From IMG/VR virus record IMGVR_UViG_3300037044_000248, positions 1 through 32,196 of that record: 32,196 nt of DNA; one strand, given 5' to 3'. The notes under the pieces were generated by a model. That model was not told the DNA's origin. It saw only the letters and a program-made list of their open reading frames with translations, and made no database searches. A program made the translations under genes and the position numbers. Source of the DNA: a virus (Duplodnaviria > Caudoviricetes). The first letter of the stretch is position 1, and each line of letters starts with the position of its first letter. This document shows, piece after piece, positions 16,440 through 24,999 of this stretch.

Positions 16440-17624
16440 ATGGCGGTTCCTGCCTTCCACGGCGTTACAACGGTTGTTTTCGGTGTTGGCGCGCAAAGCC
16501 CGGACTTCACCGGGCTCACGGCGTCCGGGCGGCAGTTGTGGCTCGCGCACCGATCGGCAAACGAGCCGATTGCGGCGCCCTCAGGCTGGACTGACGTAAG
16601 CGACAGCAGTTGGGGCACCGGAACGGCGGGCGGTACCGACGCGACGCGGTTGCAGCTGTTCAAGATGAACGCGCTGGCGGACGGCACCGAGACGACGGTG
16701 GCGACGGACGACAGCGGGAGTTCAAACCTCGCGTTCGGGTTCGCCACAGGCCCTGCGGATATCGATGTCACCGCGACACCGACGAACGCAGTGTACTCGA
16801 CCTCGCCAACGTTTCCTGCGGTCACGACAACGGGCGCAGATCGGCTGATCTTCCTGTTCCTGGCCAATGACAGCGACGCTGACACGGCCTCAGGCGGCAG
16901 TTCCCCGACGAACGCGGCGCTGGCCAGTCTAACCGAACAGGTCGACCGCCGCACCAATCAGGGCAACGGCGGGGGCATCTGGTTTGTAACCGGCGAGAAG
17001 GCGACAGCCGGGGACACGGGGACAACGGACGGAACTTACGCCAGTTCGGCGTCTGGTTCCGTGATGATCACGGTTACGCTGGCTGTGGCGACGCCGAGCA
17101 GCGGGACCACGGGCACGGGCTCCGCAACACTCGCCGCGTTGACTGGCGCGGCCACCGGGACGTTCTACGGGGCATTCACGGGCACGGGCGCGGCTTCTCT
17201 CGCCGCGCTTACCGCGAGCGCAAGTGGCTGGATAACGCTTACAGGTACGGCGGGGGCCACGCTTCCGGCGCTCACCGGGTCAGCAACCGGCACATTCGCG
17301 GCGGCAGGGAACACGACGGGTACTGGTGCGACAACGCTTCCACCGCTCACCAGCGCGGCCACGGGAACATTTTACGGGCTGTTCACAGGCACGGGTGCGG
17401 CGAGCCTCACGGCGCTGACGGCGGCAGGCTCGGGCTGGGTAACAGTCACGGGAACGGGAGCCGGGACGATCCCGTCACTGACGGCGAGTGCGACGGGGAC
17501 GCTTGTTGGCGGCAACCCGTGGAGCACGCAGTCGCCGAGCGTCGACATCTGGTCAACTCAATCGGAAGCGGCGGGCGCATGGAGCCTGCAAACTGCTGCC
17601 GCTGGAACATGGACGGTGCAATGA
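16440..17624 (+). CDS. Thr/Gly/Ala-rich repeat protein, probable virion fibre or decoration protein
   Basis: Beta-rich N-terminal domain, six TGTG/TGTA..L..LT....G repeats and four W-[ST]-x-Q repeats; GGGAGG RBS; first gene of the late operon. Confidence 0.7.
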   Translation: MAVPAFHGVTTVVFGVGAQSPDFTGLTASGRQLWLAHRSANEPIAAPSGWTDVSDSSWGTGTAGGTDATRLQLFKMNALADGTETTVATDDSGSSNLAFGFATGPADIDVTATPTNAVYSTSPTFPAVTTTGADRLIFLFLANDSDADTASGGSSPTNAALASLTEQVDRRTNQGNGGGIWFVTGEKATAGDTGTTDGTYASSASGSVMITVTLAVATPSSGTTGTGSATLAALTGAATGTFYGAFTGTGAASLAALTASASGWITLTGTAGATLPALTGSATGTFAAAGNTTGTGATTLPPLTSAATGTFYGLFTGTGAASLTALTAAGSGWVTVTGTGAGTIPSLTASATGTLVGGNPWSTQSPSVDIWSTQSEAAGAWSLQTAAAGTWTVQ

Positions 17625-17845
17625 AAAACACAGTGAGCGCGAAGACTGGCGCGAATGACGTTGCGGCCTACCGCGAATATCTGAAGGCGAACGCATCGCG
17701 CGTCGATGTCGGCCCGATGCAGATTCACGCGGAAATCGCCAAGGTCGATGCGCGTCTCGCCGATCCGAAGTTCGCGCACAAGCATGACTATTACACAGCC
17801 CGCCTTGGCGAATTGCAGGCGGTCCTTCGCGTGATGGAGGCTTAA
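17621..17845 (+). CDS. Hypothetical protein (74 aa, MKNTVSAK...)
   Basis: ATGA-coupled; C-terminal part of track ORF 17519..17845. Confidence 0.68.
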   Translation: MKNTVSAKTGANDVAAYREYLKANASRVDVGPMQIHAEIAKVDARLADPKFAHKHDYYTARLGELQAVLRVMEA

Positions 17846-18262
17846 ATGACCAACATGCGCCTTGCGACCGACACGCGGAACAAAGCCTGCGATGGCTGTG
17901 TCGATGATATCGACGCCGGGGCTGGGGCTGGCACGATCAAGATTTACGATGGCACGCAGCCAGCGAGCGCGAACACGGCGGTAAGCACGCAGGTATTGCT
18001 TGCGACGCTTACGTTCAGCGATCCTGCATTCGGCGCGGCGTCGTCTGGAGTTGCCACAGCATCTGCGATCACCTCCGACTCCAGTGCGGATGCGACAGGA
18101 ACAGCATCATGGGCACGTATTGCTGACAGCGACGGCAACACGGTATTTGACTGTGACGTTGGCACGTCCGCAACAACGATCGTTCTCAACAGTGTATCGA
18201 TCACCAGCGGCGGCACTGTTGCCTGCACCGCTTTCACCGTCACTCAGCCGAGCGGCGAATAA
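17846..18262 (+). CDS. Small beta-rich virion protein (probable fibre base or decoration partner)
   Basis: GTIKIYDGTQP...LATLTFSDPAF...GTASWARIADSDG; GGAGG RBS. Confidence 0.7.
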   Translation: MTNMRLATDTRNKACDGCVDDIDAGAGAGTIKIYDGTQPASANTAVSTQVLLATLTFSDPAFGAASSGVATASAITSDSSADATGTASWARIADSDGNTVFDCDVGTSATTIVLNSVSITSGGTVACTAFTVTQPSGE

Positions 18263-18311
18263 CTCAATCCTGAAACGGCCCAGCCACAGCGCAGCCGAAA
18301 ATGAGGGTATC

Positions 18312-18503
18312 ATGTCAGAGACTGCTCGCAGTTCTGTTAACGAGGCCATGAGCGCGCTCTGTGACGAGATCGCCTCCAAGCGCACGTCGCTCGCCTGCAA
18401 GCTGCTCGGCCACAAGTTTTCCATACGTGGACTGACCGGACATTATGTCTGGTGCAAGCGCTGTAGGCAGCGTCGGGAAACCGCCGCGGCTGCACTAAAG
18501 TAG
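18312..18503 (+). CDS. DUF1660-like small Zn-binding prophage protein
   Basis: CKLLGHKF...WCKRC motif; GAGGG RBS. Confidence 0.62.
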   Translation: MSETARSSVNEAMSALCDEIASKRTSLACKLLGHKFSIRGLTGHYVWCKRCRQRRETAAAALK

Positions 18504-18778
18504 TGGGCGCTACTGTGAAACCGCCACGCGCGGGCATGGGCCGTCCAAAGGGCTCACAGAACAAGACAACGAAGCAGGTCAAGGAAATGATCCTCGCCGC
18601 ACTCGATACGGCGGGAGGCATCGACTACCTTGTGAGGCAGTCTGAAGAAAACCCGACCGCGTTCATGACGCTGGTTGGCAAGGTGCTGCCGCTTCAACTC
18701 TCAGGCGATGAGGAAAACCCCGTTGCCATTCGCATGATCGAACGCCGCATTGTCCGTTCTGACCATAGCGACACCTGA
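18503..18778 (+). CDS. terS: Terminase small subunit
   Basis: GRPKGSQNKTT motif; directly upstream of and overlapping TerL. Confidence 0.78.
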   Translation: MGATVKPPRAGMGRPKGSQNKTTKQVKEMILAALDTAGGIDYLVRQSEENPTAFMTLVGKVLPLQLSGDEENPVAIRMIERRIVRSDHSDT

Positions 18779-20027
18779 AGTCTTTGAGCCGCTGCTATCC
18801 CCGGCGCGCTACAAAGGCGCATGGGGAGGGCGTGGCTCTGGCAAATCGCACTTCTTTGCCGAAATGCTGGTTGAAGACGCATTACGCTTTCCGGGCCTAC
18901 GCGCGGTTTGCATACGCGAAGTGCAAAAGAGCCTGAAGGAATCGGCGAAGCGGCTTGTCGAGGACAAGATACAAACGCTCGGCGTTGGTTCATCGTTTGA
19001 TGTTCTGGAGAAGGAGATACGTGGGCCGGGCGGCGGCGTCATCATGTTCCAGGGTATGCAGGATCACACGGCGGAATCGATCAAGTCGCTTGAGGGTTTC
19101 GACCGCGCATGGATCGAGGAAGCGCAGAGCCTGAGCCAACGCAGCCTGACCCTGCTTCGCCCGACGATCCGCAAGGACGGCAGCGAGATATGGGCAAGCT
19201 GGAACCCGAGGCGAAAGCTTGACGCGGTAGATCAGTTTCTGCGTGGTGACGCGCAGCCAGAGAGCGCGGTTGTGGTCAAAGCAAACTGGCGGGACAATCC
19301 GTTCTTTCCCGACGTTCTGGAGCAGGAGAGGTTACACGACCTGAAGCACTTCCCGGATCGGTATGACCATGTTTGGGAGGGCGGATACGCTACCGTCACG
19401 GAAGGCGCCTACTTCGCGCACGGTTTGACGGTTGCCCGGCAAGAAAAGCGCATCGGCCACGTTGCCGGTGATCCGCTCATGGCGACACGGGCTTATTGGG
19501 ATATTGGCGGCACGGGTGCGAAGGCTGATGCCTGCGCGATCTGGATTGTTCAGTTTATCGGCCGCGAGATCAGGGTGCTCGATTACTACGAGGCTGTAGG
19601 CCAGCCACTTGCCGAGCATCTGGCATGGCTGAGAAGCCGGGGTTACGAGCGCGCGGAATGTATCCTGCCGCATGACGGCGCGACGAACGACAAGGTGTAT
19701 TCGGTCAGCTACGAAAGCGCGATCCGCGAGGCCGGGTTTAGCGTTCGTGTTGTGCCGAACAGCGGCAAGGGCGCGGCGAGCCAGCGTATCGAGGCGGTGC
19801 GGCGGTTGTTCCCGCTGATCTGGTTCAATGAGGCGACGACCGAGCCGGGCCGAGACGCCTTGGGCTGGTATCATGAAAAGAAGGACGAGGAGCGCAACGT
19901 GGGCCTTGGTCCTGAGCATGACTGGTCGAGTCACGGCGCGGATGCGTTCGGCCTGATGGCGATGGATTACAGCGCGCCGTCTGCCCGTAAGCCTGTCGTG
20001 AAGCACAACGTGAAGTGGGTTGTATGA
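18750..20027 (+). CDS. terL: Terminase large subunit
   Basis: Walker A GGRGSGKS, Walker B WIEEA, SWNP coupling motif, nuclease domain WDIG...HDWSSHGADAF. Confidence 0.95.
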   Translation: MSVLTIATPEVFEPLLSPARYKGAWGGRGSGKSHFFAEMLVEDALRFPGLRAVCIREVQKSLKESAKRLVEDKIQTLGVGSSFDVLEKEIRGPGGGVIMFQGMQDHTAESIKSLEGFDRAWIEEAQSLSQRSLTLLRPTIRKDGSEIWASWNPRRKLDAVDQFLRGDAQPESAVVVKANWRDNPFFPDVLEQERLHDLKHFPDRYDHVWEGGYATVTEGAYFAHGLTVARQEKRIGHVAGDPLMATRAYWDIGGTGAKADACAIWIVQFIGREIRVLDYYEAVGQPLAEHLAWLRSRGYERAECILPHDGATNDKVYSVSYESAIREAGFSVRVVPNSGKGAASQRIEAVRRLFPLIWFNEATTEPGRDALGWYHEKKDEERNVGLGPEHDWSSHGADAFGLMAMDYSAPSARKPVVKHNVKWVV

Positions 20028-20530
20028 GCGAGCTTCTCATCGGCTGCGGGAACAACCGCCGCAAGAAGCTGCCGTATGACCTCGACCACTGGACCGACCT
20101 GACGACGATCGATCACGACCCTGATTGCGGTGCGGACATCCTGCACGACCTGAACGTCACGCCGTGGCCAATAGACGACAACAGCTTCGACGAGGCGCAC
20201 GCATACGAGGTTCTGGAGCATCTGGGGCGGCAGGGAGACGCGCCAGCGTTCTTCGCGACATTCCATGAGATATGGCGGGCGTTGAAGCCGGGTGGCGTTC
20301 TCTGCGCCACGTGCCCTAGCTGGCAAAGCATATGGGCGTGGGGCGATCCTTCGCACACGCGCATCATCAGCCCGGCGAGCATCGTGTTCCTGTCGCAACA
20401 GGCATACCGGGAGCAGGTGGGCAAAACGGCGATGACGGACTTCCGCAGCATCTGGAAGGGCGATTTCGCGACCGAGCATTGTCACGACGATGGTGAAGCG
20501 TTCACGTTTGTGTTGAGGGCGATCAAGTGA
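20024..20530 (+). CDS. Class I SAM-dependent small-molecule/glycan-type methyltransferase
   Basis: LLIGCG motif I, DDNSFDE, VLEHLG, IWRALKPGG, WGDPSHTR; no DPPY/NPPY. ATGA overlap with the terL stop. Confidence 0.85.
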   Translation: MSELLIGCGNNRRKKLPYDLDHWTDLTTIDHDPDCGADILHDLNVTPWPIDDNSFDEAHAYEVLEHLGRQGDAPAFFATFHEIWRALKPGGVLCATCPSWQSIWAWGDPSHTRIISPASIVFLSQQAYREQVGKTAMTDFRSIWKGDFATEHCHDDGEAFTFVLRAIK

Positions 20531-21372
20531 CGCTGCGCCAATTCTATCTCGATTGGCCTCATGAGGTCAGCATCGAGACGTTCGCGAAGTGCAACGCGGC
20601 CTGCACGTTCTGCCCGTACACCACGCTTGATCGCATCGGCGCAAAGATGCCGGACGAGATGATTGACCGGATCATCGAGGAGTTGAAGGACCACCCCGGC
20701 GCGTTCATGATCTCGCCGTTCAAGGTCAACGAGCCGTTCCTTGACAAGCGCCTGTTGCCGATCTGCCGCAAGATCAACGCGGAGTTGCCGAACGCACACC
20801 TGCGGCTGTTCACGAACGGGTCTGCGTTGACAGATGTCCACATTGCCGGTGTCCACGCATTGGAGCGAGTCGTGCATCTGTGGTGCAGCCTGAACGAGCA
20901 TGAGGCTGGCGCGTACAAGAATTTGATGGGCCTCGATTTCGGACGGACGTGCGCGAATCTCGACCGGCTGCACACCGCGAAGGCGAATGGCCTGTTTCGG
21001 CATGATGTGATGATCAGCAAGGTTCGCGAGGGCGAGCCGCCAAGCGAGCGGGATTGGGCGTTTGCGCGGTTCGTGCAGGAGCGATGGCCGCTGTTCGGCG
21101 TGCATCTCATCAAGCGGGACGGCTGGCTTGGCTATGTCGAGCCGGGGAGTGACGAGATACCCGATGCCGCATGTGGCAGGTGGTTCGAACTGAGCATCAC
21201 GGCCACGGGCATTGTCTCGACGTGCTGCATGGACGGAGAAGCCGCGTATCCGATCGGCGACTTGAACACGCAATCGCTGTTCGAGGTCTACAATTCGAGG
21301 GAATGGCGGATTAACCGCCTCAAGATGTGGTCGCGCAAGAACGTGACCCCATGTTCTCGCTGCACCTACTGA
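20527..21372 (+). CDS. Radical SAM enzyme with SPASM/Twitch domain
   Basis: CNAACTFC (CxxxCxxC), NEP and FTNG motifs; C-terminal C...ITATG.V..CC.D...IGDL...SL.E.YNS...PCSRC. Confidence 0.92.
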   Translation: MTLRQFYLDWPHEVSIETFAKCNAACTFCPYTTLDRIGAKMPDEMIDRIIEELKDHPGAFMISPFKVNEPFLDKRLLPICRKINAELPNAHLRLFTNGSALTDVHIAGVHALERVVHLWCSLNEHEAGAYKNLMGLDFGRTCANLDRLHTAKANGLFRHDVMISKVREGEPPSERDWAFARFVQERWPLFGVHLIKRDGWLGYVEPGSDEIPDAACGRWFELSITATGIVSTCCMDGEAAYPIGDLNTQSLFEVYNSREWRINRLKMWSRKNVTPCSRCTY

Positions 21373-21381
21373 GGGGCGCTA

Positions 21382-23511
21382 ATGGCAAAAATGAGCGACG
21401 ATGAGCTTGCCGCTCTGCTGGCGAGCCATGAGCATCAGTCTGTCGGCTACTACACGTCCGAGATCGCTGAGGAACAGGCGCGTGCGCTCGATTACTACTA
21501 TGGCGAGCCGTTCGGCGACGAGCAGCCGGGCCGCAGCCAGGTTGTGGACCGTACCGTTGCGGTGGTCATCGACAACGCGCTCGCCGCGCTGCTGAAGCCG
21601 TTCGTTTCGTCCGACGAGGCGGTGATGTTCACGCCGCGTGGCCCGGAGGACGAGGAGCAGGCCAAGCAGGCGACCGAATATGTGAATTACGTGTTCGCCA
21701 TCGACAACAGCGGCTTCGCGCTGATGCACGACTGGTTCAAGTCGGCGCTGCTGGAGAAGCTGGGTGTGCTCAAGGTGTGGTGGCACGACAAGACCGCGCC
21801 GAAAACCTACGAGTTCAAGGGCGTTGATGCCGCCGATTTCGAGCAGATGGGCGATGTCAAGTTCAAGGAAGGGCCATTCGTTGATGACGACGGGCTCTAT
21901 TCCGGCGTGTTCATCAAGGACTACGAGGACGGCTGCGTAAAGATCGAGCACGTTCCCTCCGAGGAGTTCCGCATCACGCCTTACTCGCGGAGTGTCGAGA
22001 GCGCGGATTATGTCGCGCACATCACGGCCCGTACCCGCTCCGAGCTTATCGAGATGGGCTTTGATGCCAAGATCGTCGAGGGGCTTTCGAAGTGGTCCGG
22101 TGTTGAGGACGACGGACGCCACGACGCGCGGTACAAGGACGAGGATTACGGCGCGGAGACGTCTGGGCTCGATACGGACAAGGCGCGCGACCGCATTGCG
22201 ATCGCGCACGAGTTCCCGCTTGTGGACTATGACGGCGACGGCATCGCTGAGCGCCGCGAGATCATCCGCTGCCATGATGTGATCCTGTATAACGAGGAGG
22301 TGGACGACCACCCGTTCGCGACGGTCTGCCCGTGCCCGATGCCGCACAAGGTTTACGGCCTGTCGATGGCCGACCAGACGATGGACTTGCAGCGCATCAT
22401 GTCGGTGCTGTGGCGTCAGGCGCTTGATAACACGTACCTGTCGAACAACCCGCGCCCCGTGCTCCCTGAGAGTGCGGAGCGCAGCGACGGGACGACGTGG
22501 GAAGACCTGATGACCCCTGCACCCGGCGCGGCGATCCGCACGGCTGGCGGCACGGCGACACTCGATACGTTCACGGTGCCCTATGCCGGTGACAAGGCAC
22601 TTGCGCTGATCCAGTTTGCGGAGACGCAGCAGGAAGCACGCACGGGCGTTACGCGTATCGGGCAAGGTCTTGGCGCGGACGTTCTGAAGAAGCAGGAGCA
22701 GACGATGGGCGGTCTTGCCATCGTCGAGCAGGCACAGAACACGCGCATTGAGATGATCGCGCGCATCTTCGCGGAGACGGGCGTCAAGCGGCTGTATCGG
22801 CTCATCCTGAAGGCGCTTGTGCAGTATCAGCCGCGTGAACGCATGATCCGCCTTCGCAACGAGTGGGTGCCGGTCGATCCGAGGGCATGGAACGCGGACA
22901 TGGATTTGCATGTCTCTGTCGGTCTGGGCGTGGGCTCACGCACCGAACAGGGTCAGGCGGCCATGTCGGTGCTTCAGGTTCTCAACGAAGCCTCACAGAG
23001 CCCGTATGGGTACATTGTGAAGCCGGAGGGAGCTTACAATGCGCTCAAGAAGTTCCTGAACGCGGCAGGCTTCAAGAATACCGACGACTTCCTGAACGAG
23101 CCGAGCGATGAAAACCCGCCGCCTGAACCGGCGCCCGATCCTGAAATGCTCAAGGTGCAAGCGCAGGTCGAGGCGGACAAGACGAAGATGCAGCTGGAGG
23201 CGCAGAAGTCTCAGGCCGACATGCAGCTACGCCAGCAGGAGGCCGCGCAGACGCTCGAACTCAAGGCAGCCGAGGCCGAGGCCAAGCTACAGGGCGAACG
23301 CGAGAAGGCCCAGATGGAAGCGCAGCTTGCCTTGCAGAAAGCGCAGACCGAAATGCAGCTTGCCCGCGAGAAGATGGACAATGAAATGACCCTCGCCCGC
23401 GAACGCATGGCGATGGAGCGTGAGATCGCGTCCGAACAGGCATCGGTGAAAGCCGAGACCGAAAAGGCAAAGCTATCGAGCAACAGGCCGGGCGGGAGCC
23501 TTAGCGAATGA
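21382..23511 (+). CDS. Portal protein (P22-like, with long C-terminal coiled coil)
   Basis: 709 aa after the terminase; ALDYYYGEP, DEEQAKQATEYVNY; Q/E/A/M-rich barrel-like tail. Confidence 0.92.
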   Translation: MAKMSDDELAALLASHEHQSVGYYTSEIAEEQARALDYYYGEPFGDEQPGRSQVVDRTVAVVIDNALAALLKPFVSSDEAVMFTPRGPEDEEQAKQATEYVNYVFAIDNSGFALMHDWFKSALLEKLGVLKVWWHDKTAPKTYEFKGVDAADFEQMGDVKFKEGPFVDDDGLYSGVFIKDYEDGCVKIEHVPSEEFRITPYSRSVESADYVAHITARTRSELIEMGFDAKIVEGLSKWSGVEDDGRHDARYKDEDYGAETSGLDTDKARDRIAIAHEFPLVDYDGDGIAERREIIRCHDVILYNEEVDDHPFATVCPCPMPHKVYGLSMADQTMDLQRIMSVLWRQALDNTYLSNNPRPVLPESAERSDGTTWEDLMTPAPGAAIRTAGGTATLDTFTVPYAGDKALALIQFAETQQEARTGVTRIGQGLGADVLKKQEQTMGGLAIVEQAQNTRIEMIARIFAETGVKRLYRLILKALVQYQPRERMIRLRNEWVPVDPRAWNADMDLHVSVGLGVGSRTEQGQAAMSVLQVLNEASQSPYGYIVKPEGAYNALKKFLNAAGFKNTDDFLNEPSDENPPPEPAPDPEMLKVQAQVEADKTKMQLEAQKSQADMQLRQQEAAQTLELKAAEAEAKLQGEREKAQMEAQLALQKAQTEMQLAREKMDNEMTLARERMAMEREIASEQASVKAETEKAKLSSNRPGGSLSE

Positions 23512-23690
23512 GTCATTGGTCAGATTGCGCGCGTTATCGCGACCCCGCCGAAGCGTGCAACTGTGGCAAGCCCAGTCCGAAGGAGTTGGACGACTACCGC
23601 CTTGCGCTTCAAATTCGCCGTGAGTGTGGAGATAACACGGCAGAGTTCAAGCGCCGCATCGATGAGATCAGCCGGGCGCGCGCCGCATGA
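23508..23690 (+). CDS. Small HxxxC...CxC protein (60 aa)
   Basis: MSHWSDCARYRDPAEACNCG; ATGA-coupled at both ends. Confidence 0.65.
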   Translation: MSHWSDCARYRDPAEACNCGKPSPKELDDYRLALQIRRECGDNTAEFKRRIDEISRARAA

Positions 23691-23947
23691 CCCCCGATCA
23701 GCGCGCGTCCCGTTCCGCCCGCTACTACGAGATTTCACACGACGGTGCTTTTGATGATCTGTTCACGAGCGTTGAAACCAGCATTGCCGAGGATTGGAAA
23801 GCGACGTTCGATGCGTTCGAACGCGACAATCTCTGGAGGTCCATCCAGTTGCTGAGAAAGCTGCGTCAGCATCTGCAATCCGGCATCAGCGCCGGTCTCA
23901 ACCAAACGCAGCTTACCGAACTGCGACGGCTGGGGAAGCCGCGCTAA
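23687..23947 (+). CDS. Small helical head-module protein (86 aa)
   Basis: Position between portal and scaffold typical of podovirus-like phages. Confidence 0.72.
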   Translation: MTPDQRASRSARYYEISHDGAFDDLFTSVETSIAEDWKATFDAFERDNLWRSIQLLRKLRQHLQSGISAGLNQTQLTELRRLGKPR

Positions 23948-23965
23948 CTCAAGGAACATCGTTGA

Positions 23966-24994
23966 ATGACCGACACCGGCCAGCCGCTCGCGGCACCGGA
24001 AGTTGTCGCGCTGCAAGATGCGGCCGACGCTTTCAAGACTGTGACCAGTCCGGGGCAACCCCGTGATGAAACCGGCAAGTTCGCCGCAGTTCAGGAAGAC
24101 GAAGAGAACGAGGCGCCTCTGATTCCGGAAACGGAAGACGAGGCTGTCGAGGATGACGAAACAGACGAGATCGAAGAGGCATCCGAAGAGGGCCAGCCCG
24201 AAGATGTCGCCATGCCGTCATCGTGGAGCAAGGAAGACGAGGCCACGTGGGCCGCGCTGCCAGCCGAAGCCAAGGCGAAGATCGCCGAGCGTGAGGCACA
24301 GCGTGACGGGGCTGTAAATCTCAAGTTCCAGGAAGCCGCCAACGCACGCAGGACCGCACAGGAACTCGCCGCCGAGGCAACCGCCAATCGCGAACGCTAC
24401 GCCCAGGAACTCGACGCGCTTTTGTCGGGCATCCAGCCACAGCGCCCTTCGCGTGAAATGCTGAATCCAAATTCCGAGCACTATGACCCCGACGCCTACC
24501 ACATGGGCATCGCGGATTACGAAGCACAGGTTGAAACGCTCAACACCCTTCGCACGCAGCGTCAACGTTTGACCGCCCAGCAGGAACGCGATGAGGCGCA
24601 GGCGTTCGCCGAGCTTGAGGAGCGGTTCCGGCCCAAACTGATTGAGGCCGTGCCCGACCTTGCGGACCAGACCAAGGCTCCGACCATCCTGAACGAGATC
24701 GGCCAATACGCCGTCGCGGCAGGAATCGCGCCTGAGGATTTGCCCAAGGCCAACTCGCTTGAAGTGCTCACGCTCTGGAAGGCGATGCAATTCGACAAGA
24801 TCAAGGCTGCTGGCACACGCGTCAAAGCGCAGCCCGCACCGCCGAAGATTGCCGCTCCTGCCGTAAGGCCGGGCGCGGTCACGTCGAAGCACGCGGCCGC
24901 AAAGAGCAGTGCTCAGAGGGACATGGATCGGCTGGCGAAAACCGGCAGCGTCGAGGACGGCGCGGCCATTTTCAAACGCATGTTCAAGGGTTAG
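23966..24994 (+). CDS. Capsid scaffolding protein
   Basis: PRDETGKF motif, acidic N-terminus, coiled coils, basic C-terminus; directly before the major capsid gene. Confidence 0.82.
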   Translation: MTDTGQPLAAPEVVALQDAADAFKTVTSPGQPRDETGKFAAVQEDEENEAPLIPETEDEAVEDDETDEIEEASEEGQPEDVAMPSSWSKEDEATWAALPAEAKAKIAEREAQRDGAVNLKFQEAANARRTAQELAAEATANRERYAQELDALLSGIQPQRPSREMLNPNSEHYDPDAYHMGIADYEAQVETLNTLRTQRQRLTAQQERDEAQAFAELEERFRPKLIEAVPDLADQTKAPTILNEIGQYAVAAGIAPEDLPKANSLEVLTLWKAMQFDKIKAAGTRVKAQPAPPKIAAPAVRPGAVTSKHAAAKSSAQRDMDRLAKTGSVEDGAAIFKRMFKG

Positions 24995-24999
24995 ACACC

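Noticed and set aside
18263-18305. Weak stem-loop upstream of the DUF1660-like gene and terS as a pac site or ncRNA
   Set aside because: Only 4-bp stems (CTCA/TGAG, CGGC/GCCG), which is not distinguishable from chance in GC-rich DNA.
20024-21372. 7-deazaguanine or other known DNA hypermodification pathway (QueE-like rSAM)
   Set aside because: The rSAM has a SPASM/Twitch tail unlike QueE, and there are no folE, queC, queD or dpdA genes in the window. A novel DNA modification is not formally excluded.
21379-22911. 510-aa minus-strand ORF antisense to the portal gene
   Set aside because: Shadow ORF caused by GC-rich codon bias; no motifs, and it lies over a clear portal gene.
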